Positions 45,210 to 54,666 of a stretch of DNA of 64,000 bases are shown here, piece after piece. The first letter of the stretch is position 1. Every line of letters begins with the position of its first letter. The DNA is taken from IMG/VR virus record IMGVR_UViG_3300021963_000021, positions 62,001-126,000 of that record; one strand, given 5' to 3'. Below the pieces are notes generated by a model that saw nothing but the letters and a program-made list of their open reading frames with translations, ran no database searches and was not told the origin of the DNA. A program made the position numbers and the translations under genes.

Positions 45210-46984
45210 CCTACGATATCAATGTCATTACTGTAACTAGTAAAGCCATTTTCCTTGATAACTTTAAGAACTTGATTTACACGGCTGGTCAAATCATCTC
45301 TATGTGAAATCAAGAACACATTCTTATCACGCTCACGTGTCATTTTCTTAAGAACCGCAATAGAACTTTCAACACCGCTGGCATCCATGCCTGAATCAAC
45401 AAGCTCGTCGATAAACAACAGATTAATACTTTGGTATAGATTCTCCCAAACATCGCGGAATGCCCAGCTCATGCTTAGGATCAATCTATTGCGCTCACCT
45501 CTTGACAGATTATCAAAGTCTAGATCTTGTCCTAGCTGTGTGATTATCACAGTTAGATCGTTTTGGAACTCTACAGTATGTGGCAATCCGATGCGATCTA
45601 GATAGTAGGTTAATCTAGTATTGAGATAATTTAAGTTTTGATCAATAATACGTTTACGAACAAAACTGTCTTTACTGGTTAACAGCTTATGAAGGAACTC
45701 TTGGTGATCCTTAACACGGGTTAACTCATTGATTCTACCCCAATCAAGTTCCTGTACTGCTGTGTTTTTAAGTTCTTCTATCTGATCTTCGTAGGGATCA
45801 GCTTCAGCTATCTTGTTTGCCAGTTCTTTTTCAAGACCGCTAAGAGTATTCTTGTGATTATAAGCATCATCGATGCTGTCATAATGTACAACTGGCTGAT
45901 CTCCTACTTCGCCTAATAGGTCTAGTGCTTCTTTAAACGCAGTAATTTCGTCTTGATGCTCAGTAATACTTTCAGCGCAGTCACTGACCTGCTTGTTTTT
46001 AACAGTCAGCATCTCTTCGTGCTTGGTATCGTGTATGTCTTGACCGCAGCTATGGCACTTGTGTTCGGCCAATAGTGCTAGTTCTTTGTTAAGCTTCTCA
46101 AAGTTCTTTTGATCTTTATCTAACACAGCATTGCTCTTAGCGATTAATGCTAGAATGTTGTCTACTTCTTTCTTTTTCTTAGTCCATTCACTGAGATCTT
46201 TTTGTTTTGCGATCTCACTGTCAATATCAATAGTGCTTAGAACACGTATATTTTTTTCTAACTGTAGAATAACATCGCCTTTGGTAGATTGCCACAGGCG
46301 CTGTTTACGTTCTAGACTTTCGATGCTCTGTTGTACTTTTTCGTTTGATATCTTTACAGTTTCTAATCTAGTAGTTTCTGTTTGGATAAGATCTTTAGAA
46401 ATACGAATAGAATCTTTTAGCAGTTCTGCTTTTTCGCTTAGGATAGTTATACCTAGTAGCTGTTCTATGATAGCACGTTGATCGTTGGCTTTCATAGACA
46501 AAAACGGTTCAGTATACGTGTTTAGTGCCACAAGATGTTTAAACATTTCGTGACTCATACCAAACAGACGTTCTATTTCTTTTTGCGTTTCTCTGCTATC
46601 GCCCTGACTTTCGTCCTGATCGTCAGTTTCCATAGTTTCGCCGTTGACAGCAAACTTCAATAGGTTGGGCTTGCGTCCACGTTCGATATGATATTCTACA
46701 CCGTCCTTTTCAAAGGTCACGGTACACAGCATGCCTTTGCCGTTGATCTTGTTAACAAGATTATCTTTTTTGATGTTAGTTAACGCTGTGCCGTAGATAG
46801 CATAGCTCAACCCGTTAATGATAGTAGTTTTACCTGTGCCATTACGAGCTCCGCTGTCATCTCCGCCTAGATCTAGGTTTTCGCCTAGCACTAACGTTAG
46901 TTGCCCCTTGTCAAAGTCTATGGCTTGGGTCTGATTGCCCACACTCATAAAGTTTTTAACTGTTAGATTTTTAATTTTTATCAT
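45206..46984 (-). CDS. gp46: Recombination endonuclease ATPase subunit (gp46/SbcC/Rad50)
   Basis: KNFMSVG, Walker A NGTGKTT, zinc hook CHSC, signature LSRGE, Walker B LLFIDE, ISH. Confidence 0.95.
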   Translation of the reverse strand: MIKIKNLTVKNFMSVGNQTQAIDFDKGQLTLVLGENLDLGGDDSGARNGTGKTTIINGLSYAIYGTALTNIKKDNLVNKINGKGMLCTVTFEKDGVEYHIERGRKPNLLKFAVNGETMETDDQDESQGDSRETQKEIERLFGMSHEMFKHLVALNTYTEPFLSMKANDQRAIIEQLLGITILSEKAELLKDSIRISKDLIQTETTRLETVKISNEKVQQSIESLERKQRLWQSTKGDVILQLEKNIRVLSTIDIDSEIAKQKDLSEWTKKKKEVDNILALIAKSNAVLDKDQKNFEKLNKELALLAEHKCHSCGQDIHDTKHEEMLTVKNKQVSDCAESITEHQDEITAFKEALDLLGEVGDQPVVHYDSIDDAYNHKNTLSGLEKELANKIAEADPYEDQIEELKNTAVQELDWGRINELTRVKDHQEFLHKLLTSKDSFVRKRIIDQNLNYLNTRLTYYLDRIGLPHTVEFQNDLTVIITQLGQDLDFDNLSRGERNRLILSMSWAFRDVWENLYQSINLLFIDELVDSGMDASGVESSIAVLKKMTRERDKNVFLISHRDDLTSRVNQVLKVIKENGFTSYSNDIDIVG

Positions 46985-47994
46985 AGATGATTATAGATCT
47001 CCAACAATAGATTCTTGTCGTAGGTTTCTGAGTCAATAGATGTGATTTGATTGACTACGATAGTGTCAACACTTTCAAATTTAATATCTATAGGCTGTGC
47101 TGTAGTTGCGTCAATCTCTGCTTTCTCTGGGATTAACATCAATTCTCGCAGATTATACTGCGGCATAAATGTTTCTTTGATGAAGTTTGCTTCTTCAAAT
47201 GTAATGGGCAGGTCGATCGTAACACGACAATGCATCTTTTCACGTAACAATTGATCCGGCTTGTCGATGATTTGACTGAGTCTATAGGTTCTATAAACAG
47301 GCTGACCTGGCCATGTCTTGTATTCTGGAGTACCGCCCCATTCTAAAATCATCATACCTCGATCATCATCGCTGGCATCTGCGTAGTTGTGCGGAAACGC
47401 ATTACCGATATAGGTAATGTTGCCTTTGGTTTGGCGCTTATGGAAATGACCGCTGAACACATACTCTTGATTTACAAAGTGTTCTGATTGTAATTGTCCA
47501 TGATCGGGCATCTGTACCATTGCGTTCATATAGAACAACGGTAGTTCTAAGTGTGCGAACACATAGCGACTTTTAATCTTAGGTACAGTTTTCCACTCAT
47601 CACCTACTAGCCAAGGCATGATAGTAACATCGCCTTCTGTAAGCGTTTCTTTGATAGGAACCACGTTTGGAAACAGGCGCATAAACTCGACAGAGTTGAT
47701 TTCACGTTTGTCTTTATAGAACAAATCGTGATTGCCTAGTATAAAATATACTTTTTCAAAGCTCTGACTTAACCGTTCTAGATTTGAAACAGTATAGTTC
47801 ATAGTACTAACATCGGTGGTCGCACGATTATGATGCCAATCTCCTAGGAAAATGGCAGTTTCGCAACCTTCTGCTTTGGCTGTGTCACAGAACCAATTTA
47901 CAAAATCTTCACAGTCCTGATTGTGTGTTCGGCTTCCTGACTTAAGACCAAAGTGTATATCTGTAAAACACGCAACTTTTTTGAATAACGGCAT
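46981..47994 (-). CDS. gp47: Recombination endonuclease nuclease subunit (gp47/SbcD/Mre11)
   Basis: DIHFG, GDWHH, GNHD and SGHFH metallophosphoesterase motifs. Confidence 0.95.
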   Translation of the reverse strand: MPLFKKVACFTDIHFGLKSGSRTHNQDCEDFVNWFCDTAKAEGCETAIFLGDWHHNRATTDVSTMNYTVSNLERLSQSFEKVYFILGNHDLFYKDKREINSVEFMRLFPNVVPIKETLTEGDVTIMPWLVGDEWKTVPKIKSRYVFAHLELPLFYMNAMVQMPDHGQLQSEHFVNQEYVFSGHFHKRQTKGNITYIGNAFPHNYADASDDDRGMMILEWGGTPEYKTWPGQPVYRTYRLSQIIDKPDQLLREKMHCRVTIDLPITFEEANFIKETFMPQYNLRELMLIPEKAEIDATTAQPIDIKFESVDTIVVNQITSIDSETYDKNLLLEIYNHL

Positions 47995-48011
47995 TATGAG
48001 TCTCCATGATT

Positions 48012-48041
48012 ATTATAGGCATATTTCATATGCTGTGTCAA
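48012..48041 (-). promoter_or_regulatory. Consensus sigma70-type promoter for gp47/gp46 with a palindrome in the spacer
   Basis: TTGACA-18 nt-TATAAT; the spacer contains GCATAT-N3-ATATGC (48019-48033). Confidence 0.75.
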
Positions 48042-48895
48042 TCATCAGTTCCCCATTCTGTAGCAGCTGGCAGCGTTGTTATTACTGCGGTTGCGTTAGG
48101 ATCCTTGCCACTGTTCTGACGAGTCCAACTTGGATTCATACCGTTCATTTCAAGGATATCGTCTCGAATGTTTTGATTGCGTTTTTCGATGTTGATGATG
48201 CGAACAAAACTATTGGTAACAGCAGCGGTATAGTAGGCAAAAGGATTATTAGATTTGCTTTCATCAAACTGTAGACCAATTTGTGTCAGCTGTAGAATAG
48301 CCTGCCCCTTCATCTCGTCGTTATAGGTGTAGCCACGGACGTTGCCACGAGTGGCATATCGTTCGCACAGCTTGATAAACATCCTAGCTAGGTTATCGGT
48401 CATTCGCCCGTGATCCTTGCTAAAGTGTCCATTTTGTAATCCGCCCTTCCAATGACTCTTTCCTACACAGATCAAGTTGTCATTCTCGTCAAACTTCCAA
48501 TGCTGGAATGGAGGAAAGTTAACTTTCTCGTGACTGTCAGCTGTGCTTTTGACAGTCTTCTTGCGCCCAGGTGCTAATGGAATATGTTCCCAACTGATAA
48601 TTCTAAAAACTAAATCAGTTTTGGCAACTTTTTTATAATCAACTTCGTAGTCTTTAGCAGAAGGTTTCTTTTCAGTTAGCTGTGCTCTTTGGTGTGCTTC
48701 TTTGCTGAGTTTGGCAGCTTTGTTACGTTTAGCTTCTGCCACAGTCCTGATGTTAATTTTTTCTAAACTAGGCAGAATTATGTCATAATCAGCGTATTCT
48801 GGCTGTGTATAAGAACAATAAGTGTTCTTGCTGCGGTGTATTTCTAGTAATAAATCTTTGTTAGTTAGGTACTTTATTTTCGGTTGTATGGTCAT
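48038..48895 (-). CDS. gp55: Late-transcription sigma factor, gp55-like
   Basis: YLTNKDLL, YTYNDEM, FDESKSNNPFAYYT...NSFVRIINIEK motifs; start MTIQPK after GAGG. Confidence 0.9.
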   Translation of the reverse strand: MTIQPKIKYLTNKDLLLEIHRSKNTYCSYTQPEYADYDIILPSLEKINIRTVAEAKRNKAAKLSKEAHQRAQLTEKKPSAKDYEVDYKKVAKTDLVFRIISWEHIPLAPGRKKTVKSTADSHEKVNFPPFQHWKFDENDNLICVGKSHWKGGLQNGHFSKDHGRMTDNLARMFIKLCERYATRGNVRGYTYNDEMKGQAILQLTQIGLQFDESKSNNPFAYYTAAVTNSFVRIINIEKRNQNIRDDILEMNGMNPSWTRQNSGKDPNATAVITTLPAATEWGTDD

Positions 48896-48966
48896 TAATG
48901 GTTCCTCAGAATACTTATATAATAGCACATTTTTAAGGAAATAAATAGACTAAAGGATACCAAAAT

Positions 48967-50049
48967 ATGCCATTACCGACCAGTGCGCCGTCAGCGGCAG
49001 GCACAACAACAGTGATAAACAATGTTCCTGGAACCTCAGGTTACACGGGTTCCTATACCTTTATTGATCCGGGAGGCAATTATCCTCAAGCAGCTCTTGA
49101 AGCACAGGTCAATAAAACTGCCGGAGGTATCGGCAGTAATAATTTGCAAAAACCAAAGAAAGGCAGTGGCTTTGGAGTTAATTTACCAGACTTTTCTGGA
49201 TTAGATAGAGCACTAGGTGCGCTCGGTGCGGCTATCGCTATTGGACAGACAATAATGAGTATTCCATCTATTGTCATGGGTACCATTAATAATTTTAAAG
49301 CAATAGGAAATAATCTTTATAGAACACTTGAGGGTGTTTTATCGATACCTAGTCAGCTAGGACAATCAGCTAAAAACGCATTTAACCCAGAGTATTATAC
49401 ATTTTCTGATAAAAATAATCAAGATTGGCGTGTGAGAATTAACACGAACTTTAGTATATTGTCAGGTGGCAGACTGGACCATCCTTTCGAACTGCTGAAA
49501 AAAACAAATGGTATGGTATTTCCACTAACACCGAATATCACAGTAACACATAAGGCATCTTATACAACAGTTGAACCAGTTCACAACAATTTTGCTTTTC
49601 AAGGATATAAATCCAGTAACGTAGATGACATCACAATCAGCTGCGACTTTCCAGTTAACTCGTATTATGATGGACGATATTGGATAGCTGCTACAAACTT
49701 TTTAAAAAGCGCAACAAAAATGTTCTACGGCCAAAGTTCTCCTCAGGGTAATCCGCCTATAGTCTGCCAACTGAGCGGATACGGAGCACACGTTTTCAAT
49801 GACATCCCCGTAGTGATAAAAAGCTATCAAGTTGAACTCAAAGATAATGTTCAATATAAGATGATCGGAGCAACAGAAGCTATGGGACTTTCAAAGGACA
49901 TGGGAAATTTTGTAGCAGATAAGAATGTCACATGGGTTCCTATGAACAGCACAATAACTGTAGTTGTTTCTCCAGTTTACAATAGAGAAAAACTAAGACA
50001 GTTTAGTTTACAAGATTATTCCGCTGGCGGCACCAAAGGAGTTCTATAA
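48967..50049 (+). CDS. Baseplate tail-tube initiator-like protein (gp48/gp54-type)
   Basis: FPLTPNI...H.N......Y..S....I.I...F and PP..C.LSGYG..VF..IPVVI motifs of tube-fold proteins; first gene of the baseplate operon after TAAATA (48942-48947). Confidence 0.6.
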   Translation: MPLPTSAPSAAGTTTVINNVPGTSGYTGSYTFIDPGGNYPQAALEAQVNKTAGGIGSNNLQKPKKGSGFGVNLPDFSGLDRALGALGAAIAIGQTIMSIPSIVMGTINNFKAIGNNLYRTLEGVLSIPSQLGQSAKNAFNPEYYTFSDKNNQDWRVRINTNFSILSGGRLDHPFELLKKTNGMVFPLTPNITVTHKASYTTVEPVHNNFAFQGYKSSNVDDITISCDFPVNSYYDGRYWIAATNFLKSATKMFYGQSSPQGNPPIVCQLSGYGAHVFNDIPVVIKSYQVELKDNVQYKMIGATEAMGLSKDMGNFVADKNVTWVPMNSTITVVVSPVYNREKLRQFSLQDYSAGGTKGVL

Positions 50050-50357
50050 TGGCAATAACTGAGTACGGAGTATTATCACCTTGGTACACTACTAAGATGA
50101 ACAGAAATTATCTAGAAGAATTAAATGTACGCTCTATACCTTTCTATGAATCAGATGAGGACTATGTTATAGAACCTCAGTATAAACATCGTCCGGATCT
50201 AGTTTCTTTTGATGCCTATGGTGATACCAAACTATGGTGGGTCATAGTTCAACGCAACATAGATATTTTAAAAGACCCTATCTATGATTTTGAGCCAGGA
50301 GTTACTATAAAAATCCCTAGGAAAGAAAATGTTCTACTAGCGTTAGGATTAACATAA
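50049..50357 (+). CDS. gp53: Baseplate wedge LysM-like protein, gp53-like
   Basis: RPDL.S...YG...LWWVI..RN...DPI.DF.PG..I.IP motif. Confidence 0.8.
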   Translation: MAITEYGVLSPWYTTKMNRNYLEELNVRSIPFYESDEDYVIEPQYKHRPDLVSFDAYGDTKLWWVIVQRNIDILKDPIYDFEPGVTIKIPRKENVLLALGLT

Positions 50358-50358
50358 T

Positions 50359-52554
50359 ATGCCAGTAATATCTTCTACCCCAAATGTTCTTTACGACAAC
50401 GCATTGTTAGCACAGGCAAAAAGCCTTAATGCTCAAATCCAGGGAAAATTTCCTAACGTCAAGGAAAATGTATTAAAGAAGTCCCCGTCGTATACACCAT
50501 TATTTTCTATATCGGCATTGACCAAAGCGCAGGCTTCTAGTCAACAATACAATTCTGCGACAGAAAACATAGTACTAGGTGAAGCAGGGTATGTAGGAGC
50601 AAAAGATCCTAGGGGTAGAGGAAATCGAGTATCCACTGCCTATGGCATACCCGAATATTACATCAACAATTTTGAAATGACTTCCTTCGGCACTGTAAGC
50701 CAAGGGTCGGGTCCGCAGACCGCAGCAATTTTTAAATTCGAAGTTTTCGAACCATACAGCATGGGATTATTTTTACAGAGTCTACAAAAGGCTGCTCTTA
50801 AAGCTGGCTGGGCCCAGTATCTAGACTGTGTATTCCTTTTGAGAATCGACTTTGTTGGCTGGACAGAATCTACCGATGGAGCAACTCTTGGAAGGTTTGG
50901 TAGTAACTTGCCGTTCTCGTCTGGTCTATTGGCACAACGAGTTTTTCCGTTCAAGCTGAGTTTTGCGAAATTTAAAACCAACGAGTCAGGAACAACCTAT
51001 CAAGTAGAAGCTTACCCAAGCGGCCTTACTGCCAGCACAGACAACGTAAAAGCACTAGTTAGTTCGGCGTCACTATCTGGAAGAACAGTTGGCGAAGTGT
51101 TAAAAACTGGCGAACACTCTTTAGAAAAATGGTTAAAAACACAACAAAAAACAATAGAGACACAGGGGCAAGAAGCCAAACCCGACGAATTTATAATCGA
51201 GTTTACTGATGGTCGAGGACCAAGCACAGACTTAGCAAATTCGTTTTTTCCTAAAGGTAATCGAGACACGTCTACATTTACTCCAGTACAGATACGTAAT
51301 CAAAGTTTTCAAAATGATCCTATAGCAATAACTCCGCTTTCATTTAATTTTCCATACAAAGAAAAAAATCCTCATGATATTATTAAAGTAATAGAAGAGG
51401 TGATGTTAAATTCTGACTATTGTATAAACAATCTAACCAAACCAGATGCGGATGGATTTATAAACTGGTTTAAAGTTAATCTTGAAACTAGGTATGGAGA
51501 TCTCGATCCAGTTAGAAACACACATAAAAAAACTTTCGTCTATTGGATTACAGAATACAGAGTTCACTCAGATCACTTCCGGCCAGCAAACGCAACTCCG
51601 CCGAGTACAACGGAGTTATGTAAAAAAATTGTCAAGAAGTATGATTTTTATTACACCGGACAGAACGATGATGTATTGAAATGGGATTTAGATTTCAACA
51701 TGGCATTTTTTAAAGCAGTGCTAACAAAACCTGCTGAGGCTACAATAGCCAGTGATCCTGCTAAGGCTTCTGCTGCTGATACTGTTGAAGTATATAGAAA
51801 CGTTCCTGGTGAAAATTTTGATCAACTGTTTAGAGTGACAGGCGCAGCAAGAGTTATGAGATCAAAAGACGCTTACAAATCCTCAGGTAGCGGAGTAGGA
51901 GCAGATATTGAATCTGTTAAAATAGCCAAGAGTTTCCAGGAGTCTTGGAAAGACAGTACAGATCAAAATATGATCAAGTTAGACATAGAAATAATAGGCG
52001 ATCCTTATTGGTTAGCATATTCTGGAGTTAGAAATCAAAATTCTATACCCACTGAAAAAGGATCAATGATCAACATTGACGGAACTATGGCGGTGGATAG
52101 TTCAGAGATTTTAACATTTGTGGGATTTAGAACACCTATAGATGCTCCTGCTAACGGTAGTTTATTTGAATTTCCTAACAGCAGCTATAGTCCCTTTAGT
52201 GGAATCTATAGAATAGTCAAAGTAGTTAACACTATTAAGGACGGTCATTTTACACAAAAACTAACAGGATTTAGATTAATGACGCAGGAAGCATTGACTG
52301 ATCCGGTGATAAACTCTCTTACATCAGATCAAAATCTTTCAATGTATAAAGATACAGGCGATGCTAAAGCTAAAACTGACGAAGTCGACAAATCAAATGC
52401 ATCTACTCCTACTGCTACAGTTACATTGAATCCTGTACCGGCACCGACCGTGATAACAGGAACTCCTATAGAGCCAATGAATGGTCCGCAAAATTCTAAC
52501 TTTAAAGTCCAACCAGTACCAACAGCAAAGGTAGTCCCAACGACTCCGAATTGA
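50359..52554 (+). CDS. Baseplate hub protein (gp27-type position)
   Basis: L.IIGDPYW and SGIYRIVKVVNTIKDGHFTQKL hub motifs; between gp53 and gp5. Confidence 0.6.
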   Translation: MPVISSTPNVLYDNALLAQAKSLNAQIQGKFPNVKENVLKKSPSYTPLFSISALTKAQASSQQYNSATENIVLGEAGYVGAKDPRGRGNRVSTAYGIPEYYINNFEMTSFGTVSQGSGPQTAAIFKFEVFEPYSMGLFLQSLQKAALKAGWAQYLDCVFLLRIDFVGWTESTDGATLGRFGSNLPFSSGLLAQRVFPFKLSFAKFKTNESGTTYQVEAYPSGLTASTDNVKALVSSASLSGRTVGEVLKTGEHSLEKWLKTQQKTIETQGQEAKPDEFIIEFTDGRGPSTDLANSFFPKGNRDTSTFTPVQIRNQSFQNDPIAITPLSFNFPYKEKNPHDIIKVIEEVMLNSDYCINNLTKPDADGFINWFKVNLETRYGDLDPVRNTHKKTFVYWITEYRVHSDHFRPANATPPSTTELCKKIVKKYDFYYTGQNDDVLKWDLDFNMAFFKAVLTKPAEATIASDPAKASAADTVEVYRNVPGENFDQLFRVTGAARVMRSKDAYKSSGSGVGADIESVKIAKSFQESWKDSTDQNMIKLDIEIIGDPYWLAYSGVRNQNSIPTEKGSMINIDGTMAVDSSEILTFVGFRTPIDAPANGSLFEFPNSSYSPFSGIYRIVKVVNTIKDGHFTQKLTGFRLMTQEALTDPVINSLTSDQNLSMYKDTGDAKAKTDEVDKSNASTPTATVTLNPVPAPTVITGTPIEPMNGPQNSNFKVQPVPTAKVVPTTPN

Positions 52555-52563
52555 GAATAACAC

Positions 52564-54171
52564 ATGTCAATTGAAAAAATATCTAGACGACAAGACAGCG
52601 ATACTAAAGTTTCCGGGCTTAAACTGGCTAAGGTTGTTGGCCACGGTGACAACAACTATATGGGGACTTTGTTTGTTTCTTTAAAAGGAAACGTCAACGA
52701 CGACTTTGGTCAGCAATCTCAGGCTATACCTGCTTACTATTGTCCTCCATTCTTTGGAGCAACTAACATTGCCTATAATGGAAACAATACAGGCAATGAT
52801 GCTGCGTTTAACGACACACAAAAATCTTATGGAATGTCTTTTGTTCCTCCTGATGTAGGAGTAACTGTACTAGTGGGATTTTTAGAAGACACTGGACAAT
52901 GTTTTTGGCTGGGGTGTGTGCCTGATATTAACACTAACCATATGGTTCCTGCTATCGGTCTATCGGAAGCAGTTGACGCTTCGTCGAAGGTAAGAAGCGA
53001 GTACGGTGCTGGTTTACCTTTACCAACCGCAGAATATAATAAGAATATCAATGCGGCAAAAACCACAGGCGTCAAAGATAATATTAAAAAACCTGTCCAT
53101 CCTATCGCTGGATTTATGTTGGCACAGGGACTGATAAGAGACTACGTTAGAGGTCCAGTTACGTCTAGTATGCGTAGAAATTTTATTTCTAATGTCTATG
53201 GAATTTTAACCCCTGGCCCGTTAGACAAAAGAGCAAACGCTACAAAAAAACCCGCAGGCAGTGCTGAAAATCCCACAGAACCTGTAGCAGTAAGTAGAGT
53301 AGGCGGAACACAGTTTGTCATGGACGATGGCGATGATCGATTCGTTAGAAAAACTCCCGCTGGAGATGGCCCCCCAGAATATGTACCCGCCGGTTCTGGA
53401 GATTCTAGAATTCCAATCAGTGAATACTTCCGTGTTCGTACAAGAACAGGACATCAAATTCTTTTACATAATACAGAAGATCTAATCTATATAGGTAACA
53501 GCAAAGGCACTGCGTGGATCGAATTAACCAGTAATGGTAAAATAGATATCTATGCCGCAGACAGTGTTAGCATACATTCAGAAGGCGATTTTAATTTACG
53601 TGCTGATAGAGATTTTAATATTGAAGCTGGAAGAAATGTTAATATTCGATCAGAGAAAAGTCTGTATGTAGAGTCGGGAGAAGACTATTCTTTGTTGATA
53701 GAAAAAGACAGCAAACTAAATTACAAAGGAAAGTTAGATCAAATAATAGCCAAAGATATTACCATGTCTTATCAGGGAAATTATGCGGTCAAGGTCACTG
53801 GAGATCACAAAATAATTGCCACTGGTGATATCCACACCAAGGGTAAAAATACTTTTATACAGTCCACAAACGACAGCAGTATGTTAACAGGTGCTAACCA
53901 TAAAACCACAGCAGCTAAGATATACATGAACAGTAGCATGGCAGCGGAACCTGCGAATTCCGCAGTGTCTGACCCAGATGAACCAACAAAACTAGAGCTT
54001 AGAGAGAATGATGTTGTTGATGCTACTCAGTCGTGGTCCGGGTCTGGATATCAAGCAACGGCACCTTTAAAGAGTATAATGAAACGCATACCTATGCACG
54101 AGCCATGGTATGGTCACGAAAACACAGATCCTGAAAAAGCAGGTCTGGAATCTACAGACAGAGATGTCTAA
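52564..54171 (+). CDS. gp5: Central spike, gp5/VgrG-like (OB fold plus beta-helix), no lysozyme domain
   Basis: SYGM.FVPPDVG..VLV.F, RTRTGHQIL, WIELTSNGKIDIY, beta-helix repeats, RIP.HEPW..HE tip. Confidence 0.8.
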   Translation: MSIEKISRRQDSDTKVSGLKLAKVVGHGDNNYMGTLFVSLKGNVNDDFGQQSQAIPAYYCPPFFGATNIAYNGNNTGNDAAFNDTQKSYGMSFVPPDVGVTVLVGFLEDTGQCFWLGCVPDINTNHMVPAIGLSEAVDASSKVRSEYGAGLPLPTAEYNKNINAAKTTGVKDNIKKPVHPIAGFMLAQGLIRDYVRGPVTSSMRRNFISNVYGILTPGPLDKRANATKKPAGSAENPTEPVAVSRVGGTQFVMDDGDDRFVRKTPAGDGPPEYVPAGSGDSRIPISEYFRVRTRTGHQILLHNTEDLIYIGNSKGTAWIELTSNGKIDIYAADSVSIHSEGDFNLRADRDFNIEAGRNVNIRSEKSLYVESGEDYSLLIEKDSKLNYKGKLDQIIAKDITMSYQGNYAVKVTGDHKIIATGDIHTKGKNTFIQSTNDSSMLTGANHKTTAAKIYMNSSMAAEPANSAVSDPDEPTKLELRENDVVDATQSWSGSGYQATAPLKSIMKRIPMHEPWYGHENTDPEKAGLESTDRDV

Positions 54172-54181
54172 GGAGTAATAA

Positions 54182-54622
54182 ATGGCTAATAGAATCTATA
54201 ACATAAAACAAGTCGACACAATAAAAAATTCTGAAGGGCAGTCAAATGTTGGACCTTTTCTTTATAAAGGATTTAACTCTAGACGAATCAAAAGCAAGTT
54301 CAAAGAATACGATGTAGACCTAGTCAAGCAAGATCTTCTAAATCATTTCAACATCAAGCGAGGAGAAAAATTAGAAAATCCTTCCTTTGGTACTTCGATA
54401 TGGAACCTGTTGTATGAGCCAATGAACGATGACAATTTAAGGTTAATTAGGGAAGATGTTGAAGCAGTATTAAACAGAGATCCTAGAATCTCTATAAACA
54501 ACATCAAGGTTGATCCTTTAGAAAATGGGGTCCGAGTTGAAGCTGATCTAGTTTACAAATCAATAAACCTACGAGAGAAAATAGCGTTTGATTTTGACAA
54601 CAAACAGCTACCGCAGAAATAA
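54182..54622 (+). CDS. gp25: Baseplate wedge/sheath initiator, gp25-like
   Basis: D.DLVKQDLLNHFNI.RGE.L.NP.FG..IW.LLYEP...DPR motif. Confidence 0.9.
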   Translation: MANRIYNIKQVDTIKNSEGQSNVGPFLYKGFNSRRIKSKFKEYDVDLVKQDLLNHFNIKRGEKLENPSFGTSIWNLLYEPMNDDNLRLIREDVEAVLNRDPRISINNIKVDPLENGVRVEADLVYKSINLREKIAFDFDNKQLPQK

Positions 54623-54666
54623 ATGCGCACATTATAAAACCAAATAAATAGTGTACAGGAAAGAAA

